37,384 bases of DNA from an uncultured Gemmatimonadales bacterium (GCA_963783385.1 CAWANJ010000005.1:1-37384), one strand, 5' to 3'; positions 1 to 9,472 are shown, numbered from the stretch's first letter. Program-made: numbers and translations. Notes: generated from the letters alone by a model not told the origin.

Positions 1-2161
1 CCCCTCCCCAACCACCTCTCGAACCACCCCAGGATGTGCGGCGACACGTCCATCAGCAGCTTCGGCTCGCGCGGGCCATGGGGCGTCCTCGGGAACTGCA
101 CCATCTGCGTCGGCACGCCCATGTGCTTGAGCGCCCCGTAGAACTCGTAGCCCTGCGTCGTGGGCACCCGGACGTCCCTCGCGCCGAGCATGATCTGGAC
201 GGGGGTCTTCACGTTGGCGATGTGGTAGTAGGCCGAGTGGGCCTGGTAGAGCTTGTAGTCCTTCCACAGCGGGACCTCGCCCATGCCGGCCAGGAGGTAG
301 GCGGGGATGTCGGTCGTGTAGACCATGCTCACCAGGTCGGGCAGGCCGGCGCCCATGCTCACGGCCTTGAAGCGGTGGGTCTGGGTGACGATCCAGCTGG
401 TCATGTAGCCGCCGTAGCTCCACCCCATCTCGACCATCGAGTCGGGGTCGGCCACGCCCATTTGGATCACGTGGTCCACGCCGGCCATGAGGTCCTGGTA
501 GTCGCCGCCGCCCCAGTCCTGAACGTTGGCGTAGCGGAAGGTCTTGCCGTAGCCGGTGCTTCCGCGCGGGTTGGCGCGCAGGATCGCGTAGCCGTGCTGG
601 GCGAAGTACTGGAGCATGTAGACGGACGGGCCCCCGGTGAAGCTCTGCGTGAACACGCCCGCGGGGCCGCCGTGCACGTTGAGGATGAAGGGCACCTTCT
701 CGCCCTTCCTGTAGCCCACCGGATAGGTGAGGAGCCCCTCGATGGTGAACTTCCCGTCCTTGGACTTCCACGACAGGAGCTCGGTCTTCCCCATGGGGGG
801 CCTCGGCACGTCCGCGTTCACCGAGGAGAGCTTCGTCGCCCCGCTCATGGCGAGGGAGGCGGTCGGCGAGACGTAGACGTCGGCCGGGGTGTCGGGGTCC
901 TGCCAGGTGAACGCCGCCCGGTCGCCGGCCCGGTCCAGAGCGAAGCCGCCCAGCGTCCCCTCCTTGGGGGTCATGACGCGCGGCGCGCTCCCGTCGGCCG
1001 GGAGGGCGATGAGGGCGCCCTGCGTGTGCACGGGCTCGGCCACCCAGATGGTCTTCCCGTCGCCCGACCAGCCCAGGATGGAGGCGGTGCGGTTCGGGGT
1101 GTCGGCCAGCTTGTGGGGCGTCCCCCCCGAGGCCGGCACCACGTACACGTCCGCCAGGCTCACCGGCTCGGGCTTCGCCCCCGTCGAGGCGAAGGCCACC
1201 GTCTTCCCGTCGGGCGAGTAGTGCGGGTCGGTGTCGACGCCCTTCCCCGTCACCAGCCCCTGCACCGCGCCCGAGTCGGAGGGCACGGTCGAGATGTCCC
1301 CGTACAGGAAGTTCGTGTTGATGCGCGGGTCGGGCCGGTGGGCGAAGACGATCGTCGTCCCGTCCGGTGACCAGTCGAAGCCTCCCACCGTGAAGTCGCC
1401 CGAGGTGAGCCGCTTCACCGCGTGCGAGCCGCTCGAGTCGGCCGCCAGCGGGACCGTGTACAGGTGCGCGTCGTGGAACACGCTGTCGATCACGACCTCG
1501 TCGCGCTTCTCCTTCTCGCGCTTCTTCCAGTCGCTCGAGACCGTGTCGGTCGAGGTGTAGGCGATCCGGTCCCCCTGCGGGGACCACTCGAACGAGCCCA
1601 CGCCCGAGGGCGCGTCGGTGAGCTGCCACGCCTCGCCGCCGTCCACCGGCATGACCCACACCTGCTCTTCCCGTTCCCCTCGTCCTTCTCGTGCGCCACC
1701 GTGGCGGGGCGCGAGGAGAGGAAGGCGAGCTCCTTCCCGTCCGGGGAGAAGGCCGGCGAGGAGGCGCCCTTCGGATCGTGCGTGTACTGCCGGTTCCAGG
1801 ACCCGTCCGCCGCCGCCACCCACACCTGGCTCACGTAGCGCGACTCCGTGCCCTTCATGTCCGCCGACACGACCGTGTAGGCCACCAGCTTCCCGTCCTC
1901 CGACATGGCCGTGCCGCCCACCCCGCGGTAGAGCATGCTGAGCGAGGGCGTCCAGCCCGAGTCCGCCGCCACCTGGGCGGGGGTCATGGCCTTCTCGGCC
2001 GTGTCGGGACGGGCCGTTGCGGCCGGGACGAGCGCAGCCGCGGACGGTGTGGTCGCGGCGGGCGCGGCGTGGGCGGCCGGGGACGTGGCGAGGAGCGCGG
2101 GCACAGAGAGGGCCGCCACGAGGGCGAGGCGACCGGAGCGACGGACGAAGCGCGGGATCAT
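1..2161 (-). CDS. Secreted S9 family peptidase (dipeptidyl aminopeptidase/acylaminoacyl peptidase) with TolB-like propeller; one frameshift near 1665; C-terminus runs off the window
   Basis: ORF 1490..2161 has a signal peptide and SPAFSPDGK repeats. After a 1-nt shift the reverse strand reads QVWVMPVDGGEAWQLT, VHGGP, NPRGSTGYG, nucleophile GWSYGG (about 405-425), ARDVRVP (Asp) and TPHGPREP (His). Confidence 0.88.
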
Positions 2162-2188
2162 CGGGCCTCCAGGGTCGTGGAAGCCCGA

Positions 2189-2218
2189 ATGTTAACGCTG
2201 CGGCGCGGATGTCGTAAA
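2189..2218 (-). promoter_or_regulatory. Possible sigma70 promoter for the S9 peptidase (TTTACG-N18-TAACAT)
   Basis: AT-rich hexamers just upstream of a GGAGG RBS and the ATG at 2161. Confidence 0.35.
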
Positions 2219-2256
2219 GTCTCGGAGCCGGCGGTTCCCGGCTTCCCGGCTTCCGC

Positions 2257-3093
2257 CTACGGCGTGTCGCTCGCCGCCTTCCCGCCGTCGAGCCGGACGT
2301 CGGCCATGCGCGGCAGCACGCCGCCGGGCGTTCCGAAGTGCCGCACGATTTCCTGCTTCTCGAGATCCTGATCGCCGCGGGGCACGACGAACCGGCGCTT
2401 CCGCGTCGAATAGTAGAGACAGCCGATCTCGTCGGGCGGCCGCTCGCGGACGAACGTGTCCGCCCGGGCCAGGGCGTCGAGCCACGTCGCCTTGGCGTCC
2501 GTCAAGTCGAACGGCTCGGCCAGGTCCAGGCGCGCGAAGTCCTCGGGCCGGTAGCGGCCGCGCCGCTTCAGGAGCTCCAGTAGCGAGAGCGGCGTGAAGC
2601 CGGGGTCCTTCCCGACCGCCGCCCAGCACAGCGCCGCCAGCGCCAGCACCTCGCGGTGCACGAACAGGATGTCCACGAAGTCCCGGGGCTCGTCGCGTCC
2701 CGCCACGGCGAGCACCTTGTTGACGGCCAGGTCCACGGGATGGAGGAGAAGACCGCCCAGGGGATCACGCACAAGCGGCATGAAGCGCCAGGCCGAATCG
2801 TGCGCCCAGTCCACGCGCGTGGCCTCCTCGCCCCGGCGCACGATCGCGCGGACGAATCCCGGAAGGCTCTGCTCGACGTCCACGGCGTAGCCGGCGCGCT
2901 CCAGGTGCTCCCGGTCCGCCGCGAACGCCGACGCCACGCGGGCCTCCGAATCGTGGAAGAAGTCCAGGTCATCGCTGAAGCGGGCCGAGTTCGGAGCGAA
3001 GTGCATGGCCGCGCCGCCGGCCAGGTACCGCTCGTCGGTGGGCTCCCTGGCCAGCTCGGCCAGCAGCTCGCGCTGGAAGTCGGTCAGGGGCAC
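2257..3093 (-). CDS. AbiEii/AbiGii (MenT-like) nucleotidyltransferase toxin, 278 aa
   Basis: Starts at GTG 3093, overlapping the upstream gene's end (VPLTDFQ). Motifs YLAGGAA, RFSDDLDFF, DLAVNKVLA and GRDEPRDFVD are typical of DUF1814/AbiEii NTases. Confidence 0.8.
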   Translation of the reverse strand: MPLTDFQRELLAELAREPTDERYLAGGAAMHFAPNSARFSDDLDFFHDSEARVASAFAADREHLERAGYAVDVEQSLPGFVRAIVRRGEEATRVDWAHDSAWRFMPLVRDPLGGLLLHPVDLAVNKVLAVAGRDEPRDFVDILFVHREVLALAALCWAAVGKDPGFTPLSLLELLKRRGRYRPEDFARLDLAEPFDLTDAKATWLDALARADTFVRERPPDEIGCLYYSTRKRRFVVPRGDQDLEKQEIVRHFGTPGGVLPRMADVRLDGGKAASDTP

Positions 3094-3347
3094 AGCTTGG
3101 CCGCCATGCGCCACGCCTCGCGATTGCCGTGCCTGCGGAGCTGCTCGGCCACCCAGGGGATGTCCTCGGCCCCGATCACCAGGTCGGGCCGGTAGGACCA
3201 AAAGCACAGGGCGTGGTAGCGGCGGAAGGCCCGGCGCGCCTCCCGCACGCGCACCATCGCCCGGGCCGTCTCGGAATCCAGCGTGCGACGGCTCTTGCGG
3301 CCCCCACGGGCCCCGATCCTGGCGAGGTAATTGCTGACTTCATTCAT
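3084..3347 (-). CDS. 87-aa basic protein, putative antitoxin of the NTase
   Basis: Overlaps the toxin start by 10 nt. N-terminal YLARIGARGGRKSRR basic motif; C-terminal CFWSY...VAEQLRRHG...W resembles small AbiEii partner proteins (DUF6922-like). Confidence 0.7.
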   Translation of the reverse strand: MNEVSNYLARIGARGGRKSRRTLDSETARAMVRVREARRAFRRYHALCFWSYRPDLVIGAEDIPWVAEQLRRHGNREAWRMAAKLCP

Positions 3348-3352
3348 GCCAA

Positions 3353-3373
3353 TATCATAAGCCGCTTACGATA
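3353..3373. promoter_or_regulatory. AT-rich inverted repeat (putative operator) containing a -10 box for the TA operon
   Basis: TATCATAAGC-C-GCTTACGATA, arms 9/10 complementary. On the minus strand TATGAT lies 6 nt before the ATG at 3347, with no SD. Confidence 0.65.
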
Positions 3374-3385
3374 ATAGTGCAAGCG

Positions 3386-3667
3386 ATGCGGGGCCACGGG
3401 CGACGGGTCGTGGCCCTCCTGGCCGTCGTGTCCGCGGCGGCCTGCTGGATCCCGGCGCGGCGGACCTCGCCGACCGGGTCGCCCGGATTTCGGTGGCGCG
3501 AAATCTCGGACCTCCCGTATGTTGCGCGCGGCGACCTTCCCGGCGCACAGGCCTTCTTCGAGGCGGACCTCACTCCCGGCGGCTACGCGCTCCTGTGCTT
3601 CGTGACCGCTCCGGACGGCCGTCCCCACGTCATGCACGGCATGGTGAAGTACCTCCACATCGACTGA
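3386..3667 (+). pseudogene. Short cupredoxin-like (lipo)protein, probably internally deleted
   Basis: Hydrophobic N-terminus ending AAAC. The C-terminal ADLTPGGYALLCFVTAPDGRPHVMHGM has the C..H..M type-1 copper loop pattern, but the protein is too short for a full fold. Confidence 0.45.
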
Positions 3668-3813
3668 CGCGGCGGCTCTCGGCTCCCGGCGGGCCCGACC
3701 CGGACGTTCCGGGGCCTGGTGGTCTCCGCGGCCGGACTCTGGTGCTCCCGCGCCAGCCGAGTACTTTCCCTCGCCCGGTGCGAGCCCCGACCACCGACCG
3801 ATCAGGAGCCCCC

Positions 3814-4842
3814 ATGCGCGCACGCGTTCTGACGCCCGCCCTCCTCGTCCTCGCGGCCGGCGTCACGGCCGGGTGGACCTTCTCGTCCCCCGGCCCCGGC
3901 CCCACGGCTCCGAAGGCGGCGGCGGTCCACTATCGGGTGGTCCACGGCTGGCCCCAGCTCCCGGAGGGCCGTGACCTGGGCGAGGTGGCCGGCGTCGGCG
4001 TGGACCCGCAGGGGAACGTGTTCGTCTTCCACCGCAACGAGCGCGAATGGCCGGCCTCGGACTCCCTGTCCACGGATCCGATCGCGCTCCCGACCGTCAC
4101 CGAGTTCGACGGGCGCACGGGGAAGATCCTGTCGGAGTGGGGCGCCAACACCTTCGCGCTGCCTCACGGGCTCACCGTGGACGCGCACGGCAACGTGTGG
4201 CTCACCGATGTCGCGCTGCAGCAGGTGTTCGAGTATTCGCACGACGGCCGGCTCCTCATGACGCTCGGCGTGCGCGGCGTGGCGGGGAACGACAGCGCCC
4301 ACTTCGACCGACCCACCAAGGTCGCCGTGGCGCCGGACGGCAGCTTCTACGTCAGCGACGGGTACCGGAACACGCGCGTGATCAAGTTCTCGCCCGAGGG
4401 GAAGTTCCTGTTCCAGTGGGGCACGCCGGGCACCGGACCCGGCCAGTTCGACCTGCCGCACAGCGTGACGCTCGACAGCGTCCGGCCGGGTCTACGTTTC
4501 GGACCGCAGCAACGCGCGCGTGCAGGTCTTCACCCCCGATGGACGATTCCTGGCCCAGTGGAAGAGCGCCGCCATCGGGCGACCCTACGACGTCGCGATC
4601 GGGGCGGACGGCACGGCGTTCATCGCCGACGGCGGGCGACCAGCCGACGTCGCCGCCCGATCGCTCGGGCGTCGCGGTCGTCGGTCCGGACGGGACCTTC
4701 CGGGAGCGGTTCGGCGAGCTGGGGGAACTACGACGGCCAGTTCGAGATCGCGCACGACATCGCCGTGGGCCCGGGGGGCGCCATCTACGTCGGCGACGTC
4801 ACCGGCAAGAGAATCCAGAAGTTCGTTCCCGCGAGCCCCTGA
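3814..4842 (+). CDS. Peptidyl-alpha-hydroxyglycine alpha-amidating lyase (PAL)-like NHL-repeat protein, secreted; frameshifts near 4482, 4640 and 4720
   Basis: AGGAG RBS and signal peptide. NHL repeats VFVFHR, FALPHGLTVD..GNVWLTDV, FDRPTKVAV..GSFYVSDGY, FDLPHS, (V)SDRSNARVQVF and AHDIAV. Confidence 0.8.
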   Translation: MRARVLTPALLVLAAGVTAGWTFSSPGPGPTAPKAAAVHYRVVHGWPQLPEGRDLGEVAGVGVDPQGNVFVFHRNEREWPASDSLSTDPIALPTVTEFDGRTGKILSEWGANTFALPHGLTVDAHGNVWLTDVALQQVFEYSHDGRLLMTLGVRGVAGNDSAHFDRPTKVAVAPDGSFYVSDGYRNTRVIKFSPEGKFLFQWGTPGTGPGQFDLPHSVTLDSVRPGLRFGPQQRARAGLHPRWTIPGPVEERRHRATLRRRDRGGRHGVHRRRRATSRRRRPIARASRSSVRTGPSGSGSASWGNYDGQFEIAHDIAVGPGGAIYVGDVTGKRIQKFVPASP

Positions 4843-4956
4843 GATCACCCGCCAGGACATCGAGCCCGTTGTCCGCATGGCGCTCGGGGCCGGGCGGCCG
4901 AACGTCGCGGGGTCGGTCGTCGAACGCGGCCTGAGGCTCGCGCCAAACTCCTCACC

Positions 4957-5919
4957 TCATGCGGGAGTCTCTCCGCCCGCCACGCGTTCCAGACCACGCG
5001 CCGGTCGAGAAGCGACCCGCTCCCGGACGGTGACCAGAACGAGGAGACCCCACACGGTCACGGTGATCGCGACGTAGACGACCCTCAGGGAGGCCGGGAA
5101 CCCGAGCAGGGGGAGAGCGGCGGCCACGGACACCTCGGCGGCGAGCGCCACGCCGAGTCCCGCGCCCGCGCGCCGAACGTGCGGTCAATGCTCCCGGTCG
5201 CGAACCGCCCGGACGGCGACCGCGAGGACCGCCAGGCCCGCGAGGACGCCGAGCACGTGCCGGGCCGGACCGCCCCAGCCGGCGAGGTCCGCCGTCAGGA
5301 CCCCGCCCCCGTACAGGGGCCAACCGAGGCATCGGGCCACCGATCCGGGGGCCGCGACCAGGACGCCGGTCACGAGGAGCGCGAACACGAGCCCGAGCGT
5401 CGCCAGAGACAGGCCGGTCAGGGGCGCGCCGGGGCCGGCGGCGGACAGGCGGCGGCTTTCGCCTTCGTCACCACCTCGGACGGAGGCGATCGCCGCCACG
5501 GTGATCAGGAGGGCGAGCGCGGCGAGCGCGCTCCCCACATCGAGCGCCGCGGCCCACGCGGGCAGCCCGCGCAGGACCACCATGGCGCCGAACGTCGCGA
5601 CCGCGACGAACAGGACGACCACGACCGCCAGGGGCCGGGCCAGCCACGGCACGCCGCGGTGCCTGCGCCAGGCGAGCACCGTCGCCACGAGCACGACCGG
5701 GAAGGTCGTGATGGCCAGGAGCCGGTGCGTGTACTCGATCACGGCGTGGACCTGGAGGGGCGGCACGACCGCCCCCTGGCACGCCGGCCAGCCCGCGCAG
5801 CCCATGCCCGAGCCGGTCGTGCACACCACCCCGCCCATGGTCACCAGGGCCCAGGTCATGCCCGCCGCGGCCAGGAGGAGGCCCCGATAGCGGGCCGAAA
5901 AGAGCCGTTCGTGCGTCAC
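4957..5919 (-). CDS. COX15/CtaA (heme A synthase)-like membrane protein, degenerate, interrupted by an in-frame TGA at 5185-5187
   Basis: GTG at 5919 with AGGAGG RBS. GSGMGCAGWPAC and EYTHR motifs, second-half CLGWP. ORF 4957..5151 is in the same frame and supplies two further TM helices. Confidence 0.7.
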
Positions 5920-5983
5920 CGGGACTCCTCCTGAATCGGTCCCTCCGCGCCGGATCGGGCGGAGGCGCATGGGCCGTCACCCG

Positions 5984-7462
5984 TCAGGTGGTCTCGCGCC
6001 GACACACGCGACGGAAGTGCAGACCGTAGACGGACTCCTTCAGCGCGAGCGGGAAGAGCCTGGGCCGGTGGGTCAGCACCCAGCCGGTCAGACGCCAGAA
6101 TTGACGACGGCCCCTCTCCTTCACGCCCAGGACGTACAGGGTGCGGAAGAATCCCCTGACGGCCTCCATGGTGACGGGGACACGGACCGCCGGCGGCTCG
6201 TAGACCCGAAGGAACCGTTTCACGCGCTCGTAGAAGGTCGCCGGGGAATAGAGATCCTCCACCAGCGACCGATAGCCCGAGCGCAGGGCGTCGAGACCCA
6301 TGCGAGGCAGGATGTTGGTCGTCCCATCCACGTTGTCGCCGCTGATCCGGCCCGTGAGCCGACCCTCGCGCTCGAGGCGCTCGCGCAGGCGGGTGCCGGG
6401 GGGCGCCTGCAGCATGCCCACCATGGCCGTGACGATGCCGGTCTGCTGGATGAAGGACCGGTGACGCTCGAACACCGACGGCGTGTCGCTGTCGAAGCCG
6501 ACGATGAAGCCCGCCTGCACCTGGAGACCCGCGCGCTGGATCCGCCGGACGTCGGCGCGGAGGTCCCGCCCGACGTTGTGCTTCTTGTTCGCCTCGAGGA
6601 GCGCCGTCTCCTCCGGCGTCTCGATCCCCACGAACACCGCCGTGAAGCCGGCCTCCCTCATCTGGCCCAGGAGCTCGTCGTCGTCGGCCAGGTTGACGGA
6701 CGCCTGGGTGAAGAACGGCATCCCCGGCTTCCCGCGCTTCCACTCGACCAGGGCCGGCAGCAGGTCCTTCTTCACGTGCCGCCGGTTGCCGATCAGGTTG
6801 TCATCGGCAAAGAAGACCGGCCCGCGCCAGCCCATCTCGTACAGCCCGTCGAGCTCCGCGATGACCTGCCCGGCCGACTTGATTCGGGGCCGGCGCCCGA
6901 ACAGGGCCGTGACGTTGCAGAAGTCGCATCCGTACGGGCAGCCGCGGGAGTACTGCACGGACATCGCGGCGTAACGACGCGGCGTCACGAGCTCCCACCT
7001 GGGGACGGGTGAGGCCGCCATCTCGGGCACGCCCGAGGCCCGGTACAGTCGCCGGGGATGCCCCGCCGCGAAGTCGGCCAGGAACGCGGGGAGCGACGCC
7101 TCGGCCTCGCCCAGGACGAAGTGGTCGACCTGTTCGAAGCGCTCGTGCTCGAACGCGAACAGCGGCCCTCCGGCGACGACCGCGAGACCGGCGCGCTTGC
7201 AGCGTTCGATCACCTGGCGAGCGGCGGCCTCCTGCACGGCCATGCCCCCCACCAGGGCCAGGTCCGCCCAGCCCAGGTCCCGGTCCGTCATGGGCTCGAG
7301 GTTCAGGTCGACCAGCCGGAGACTCCACGCCTCGGGAAGGAGCGCGGCGACGGTCAACAGTCCGAGCGGGGGGAGGAGCGTGTCCCGGTCCGTGAACGCG
7401 AGGGCGTGCTTGAAGCTCCAGAACGTGTCGGGGAATTCCGGATAGAGGAGGAGCGCGTTCAT
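5984..7462 (-). CDS. B12-binding domain radical SAM protein (DUF4070-type C-terminus)
   Basis: YPEFPDTFWSF..PPLGLLTVAA B12-binding N-terminus, RGCPYGCDFC CxxxCxxC, FFADDN, FVGIET, GFIVGFDSD. Confidence 0.9.
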   Translation of the reverse strand: MNALLLYPEFPDTFWSFKHALAFTDRDTLLPPLGLLTVAALLPEAWSLRLVDLNLEPMTDRDLGWADLALVGGMAVQEAAARQVIERCKRAGLAVVAGGPLFAFEHERFEQVDHFVLGEAEASLPAFLADFAAGHPRRLYRASGVPEMAASPVPRWELVTPRRYAAMSVQYSRGCPYGCDFCNVTALFGRRPRIKSAGQVIAELDGLYEMGWRGPVFFADDNLIGNRRHVKKDLLPALVEWKRGKPGMPFFTQASVNLADDDELLGQMREAGFTAVFVGIETPEETALLEANKKHNVGRDLRADVRRIQRAGLQVQAGFIVGFDSDTPSVFERHRSFIQQTGIVTAMVGMLQAPPGTRLRERLEREGRLTGRISGDNVDGTTNILPRMGLDALRSGYRSLVEDLYSPATFYERVKRFLRVYEPPAVRVPVTMEAVRGFFRTLYVLGVKERGRRQFWRLTGWVLTHRPRLFPLALKESVYGLHFRRVCRRETT

Positions 7463-7620
7463 GGGGAGGGCACGGCGGCCCGGCGCTCCGGTTCGAGGGC
7501 CGGCTCGAGAGCCTCACCCTCCCGCGCCCGCCGGGGACGCACGTCGAGCCGCGACCGGCCTCTGGGCCGGCCGCCGCAGGCGGGCGAGTACTCCTCGGTG
7601 ACGTCCGACGTGTGCTTCAT
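7459..7620 (-). CDS. Putative 53-aa ORF translationally coupled to the radical SAM gene
   Basis: MKHTSDVTEEYSPACGGRPRGRSRLDVRPRRAREGEALEPALEPERRAAVPSP. GGGAG 4 nt upstream of its ATG; its TGA overlaps the rSAM ATG (ATGA). Confidence 0.45.
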   Translation of the reverse strand: MKHTSDVTEEYSPACGGRPRGRSRLDVRPRRAREGEALEPALEPERRAAVPSP

Positions 7621-7830
7621 GCTGCTCCCGGTGTCCCTCGACCGGCGGCGGGGCTGTTCCCCTCCTCTCCGGGATCACCCTCTGCGAACGTCACGTCGGT
7701 GTCTGTCGGGATCTCCCCTCGTCGAGGTGTGGGGAGTCTCACCTGGCCGGGGCGTGGCTCACGCGAGCGGCCAGCGAGATCGCGGCCCGGGTCCCCTCCT
7801 ACGGCGCTCCCGGCTCCGCTCCGGGCTCGG

Positions 7831-9399
7831 CTACTTCGAGCCCGCGGGGCCGCCCGTCACCCGCAGCAGCCACGCCTGCAGGCTCCCGGTGTCCCAGCGG
7901 TCACCGGGATACCGGAGGTCGGCCCGGTAGGGCTCGTTGTTCCCGCGGGGCCGATGGCGGTAGACCTTCATTGAGAAGCCGAAGCTGCCGATGCCGCTCG
8001 GGAGGGGAATGCCCCGGTTGTCGATGTAGACCGCGTCGGCATAGGTGGGCGCGCCGGCGTGGCGCACGCCCGGGATGGCGTGCAGCAGGTCGGCGAAGTC
8101 CAGGCAGGCGCTGGCGCACCAGCCGTCGGTGAGGAGGATGACGTGCCGGCCCAGGGGGCTCGGCGGCACGGTGGCCGAGTCCGCCTCCCCGGCCTCGGAA
8201 TCGTCCTCCACCCGAACCAGCTCCCGGCCCTCCGCCATGCCCCGGCGCATCGCGGTGACCAGCTTCTCCAGGTAGACGCGGGTCTCCGAGCCCTTCTTGA
8301 AGCGCGGAAGCGTGTAGCGCTCGATGAACTCCGCGTTGCCCTTGGACGCACGCCACTCGGTGTAGACGTGGGCGAAGATCGCCTCGTCCACCCGCCCGAT
8401 GTAGTCCTCCCCGAACAGCGCCGACAGGATCCGCTTCCCCCAGGCCGAGTTGCCGCCGCCGTTGCCCCGCACGTCGAACACGATGAGGCGGTCGTCCCGC
8501 TCCGCGGGCAGGCCGGCGATGAGCCGCTCCAGCCCGGCCCGGTGGTCGCCCACGTTCTCGGCGAAGCTCGGGATCGTGACCCAGGCGACGCCCTCGGCCG
8601 GGTGCGTGATGGCGTAGCGGTCGACCCCGGGGCCGTACGCCGCCCTCGAGAGCAGCGGTTTCAGCTCCTCGCGCCCGATCCAGCGCCAGGCGAGGGTCAC
8701 GTCCACGGGGGGCGTCCCGGGTGCTGGCCGGACCCGGCAGTGCTTCGGCCGGGGCAGCCACGGATTGAAACGGTCCACCAGGACGCCCGGGGCGAGGCGC
8801 ACGCGGGAGGCCTCCAGCGAAGGAATCCCCTCCCGGAACGACATGACCCGCTCCGTGAGCCGGTGCTGCAACGTCTCTCCGTCGCAGTCCAGGATCTCGG
8901 CTCCCTCGCGGAGGGCGTCGCTCCGGGCGAACGGGGCCACGGTGTCGATCAGGAAGCGGCCCTGGCGCAGCGCGGGGACGAAGCCGGGCCACAGCGAGTA
9001 GGCGCGCTCGAAGCTGGGATTCCAGCCCAGGTGCCCGTCCTCGAAGCCCGACGTGTAGAACGAGAGCACGGCCATCATGCCGTCCAGGCCGTCCACCGAA
9101 TCCGCCATGGCGAGAGCCCGCTCGTAGCCCTGATCCAGCCACCGCCGGTAGGCCGGGTTCCGGGGATCCACCGGGCCCGGGTGGTTCTCGAGGAGGGTTT
9201 TCCGCATGGCGGCGAGGTCTCGCCGTGTGAGCTCGGTCCACGGCCCGGGCCGGTCGGCGGACGCTCCGCCCCCCGAGGGACGGCCCGACTGGGCGATCGC
9301 GGATGCGGCGGGCAGGAGAAGCAGGACGAGGGCCGTCAGGAATGAGACGGGGACCCGCGCCGGACTCGCGGACGGGGCTCCGTTGGCGGTTCTGTTCAT
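7831..9399 (-). CDS. Secreted S41 family peptidase
   Basis: Signal peptide, ENHPG, DGHLG, IVFDVRGNGGGNS, LLTDGWCASACLDF. Confidence 0.82.
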   Translation of the reverse strand: MNRTANGAPSASPARVPVSFLTALVLLLLPAASAIAQSGRPSGGGASADRPGPWTELTRRDLAAMRKTLLENHPGPVDPRNPAYRRWLDQGYERALAMADSVDGLDGMMAVLSFYTSGFEDGHLGWNPSFERAYSLWPGFVPALRQGRFLIDTVAPFARSDALREGAEILDCDGETLQHRLTERVMSFREGIPSLEASRVRLAPGVLVDRFNPWLPRPKHCRVRPAPGTPPVDVTLAWRWIGREELKPLLSRAAYGPGVDRYAITHPAEGVAWVTIPSFAENVGDHRAGLERLIAGLPAERDDRLIVFDVRGNGGGNSAWGKRILSALFGEDYIGRVDEAIFAHVYTEWRASKGNAEFIERYTLPRFKKGSETRVYLEKLVTAMRRGMAEGRELVRVEDDSEAGEADSATVPPSPLGRHVILLTDGWCASACLDFADLLHAIPGVRHAGAPTYADAVYIDNRGIPLPSGIGSFGFSMKVYRHRPRGNNEPYRADLRYPGDRWDTGSLQAWLLRVTGGPAGSK

Positions 9400-9472
9400 G
9401 ATCCCACCGGGTCGAGGGGGACACCGGGTACCGTCCATGGAGTCGGACGCTTGCGTCCGCCGCTCCAGTCCC

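Noticed and set aside
36-1370. Long plus-strand ORF, and similar antisense ORFs such as 8059..9345, 10774..12972 and 28804..31518
   Set aside because: Shadow ORFs opposite genuine high-GC genes; no motifs and biased composition.
7621-7830. Cobalamin riboswitch or CRP/FNR site (TGTGG-N6-TCACC at 7728-7743) upstream of the rSAM module
   Set aside because: No recognisable B12-box elements; a single 8/10 CRP-like match is too weak without a scan.
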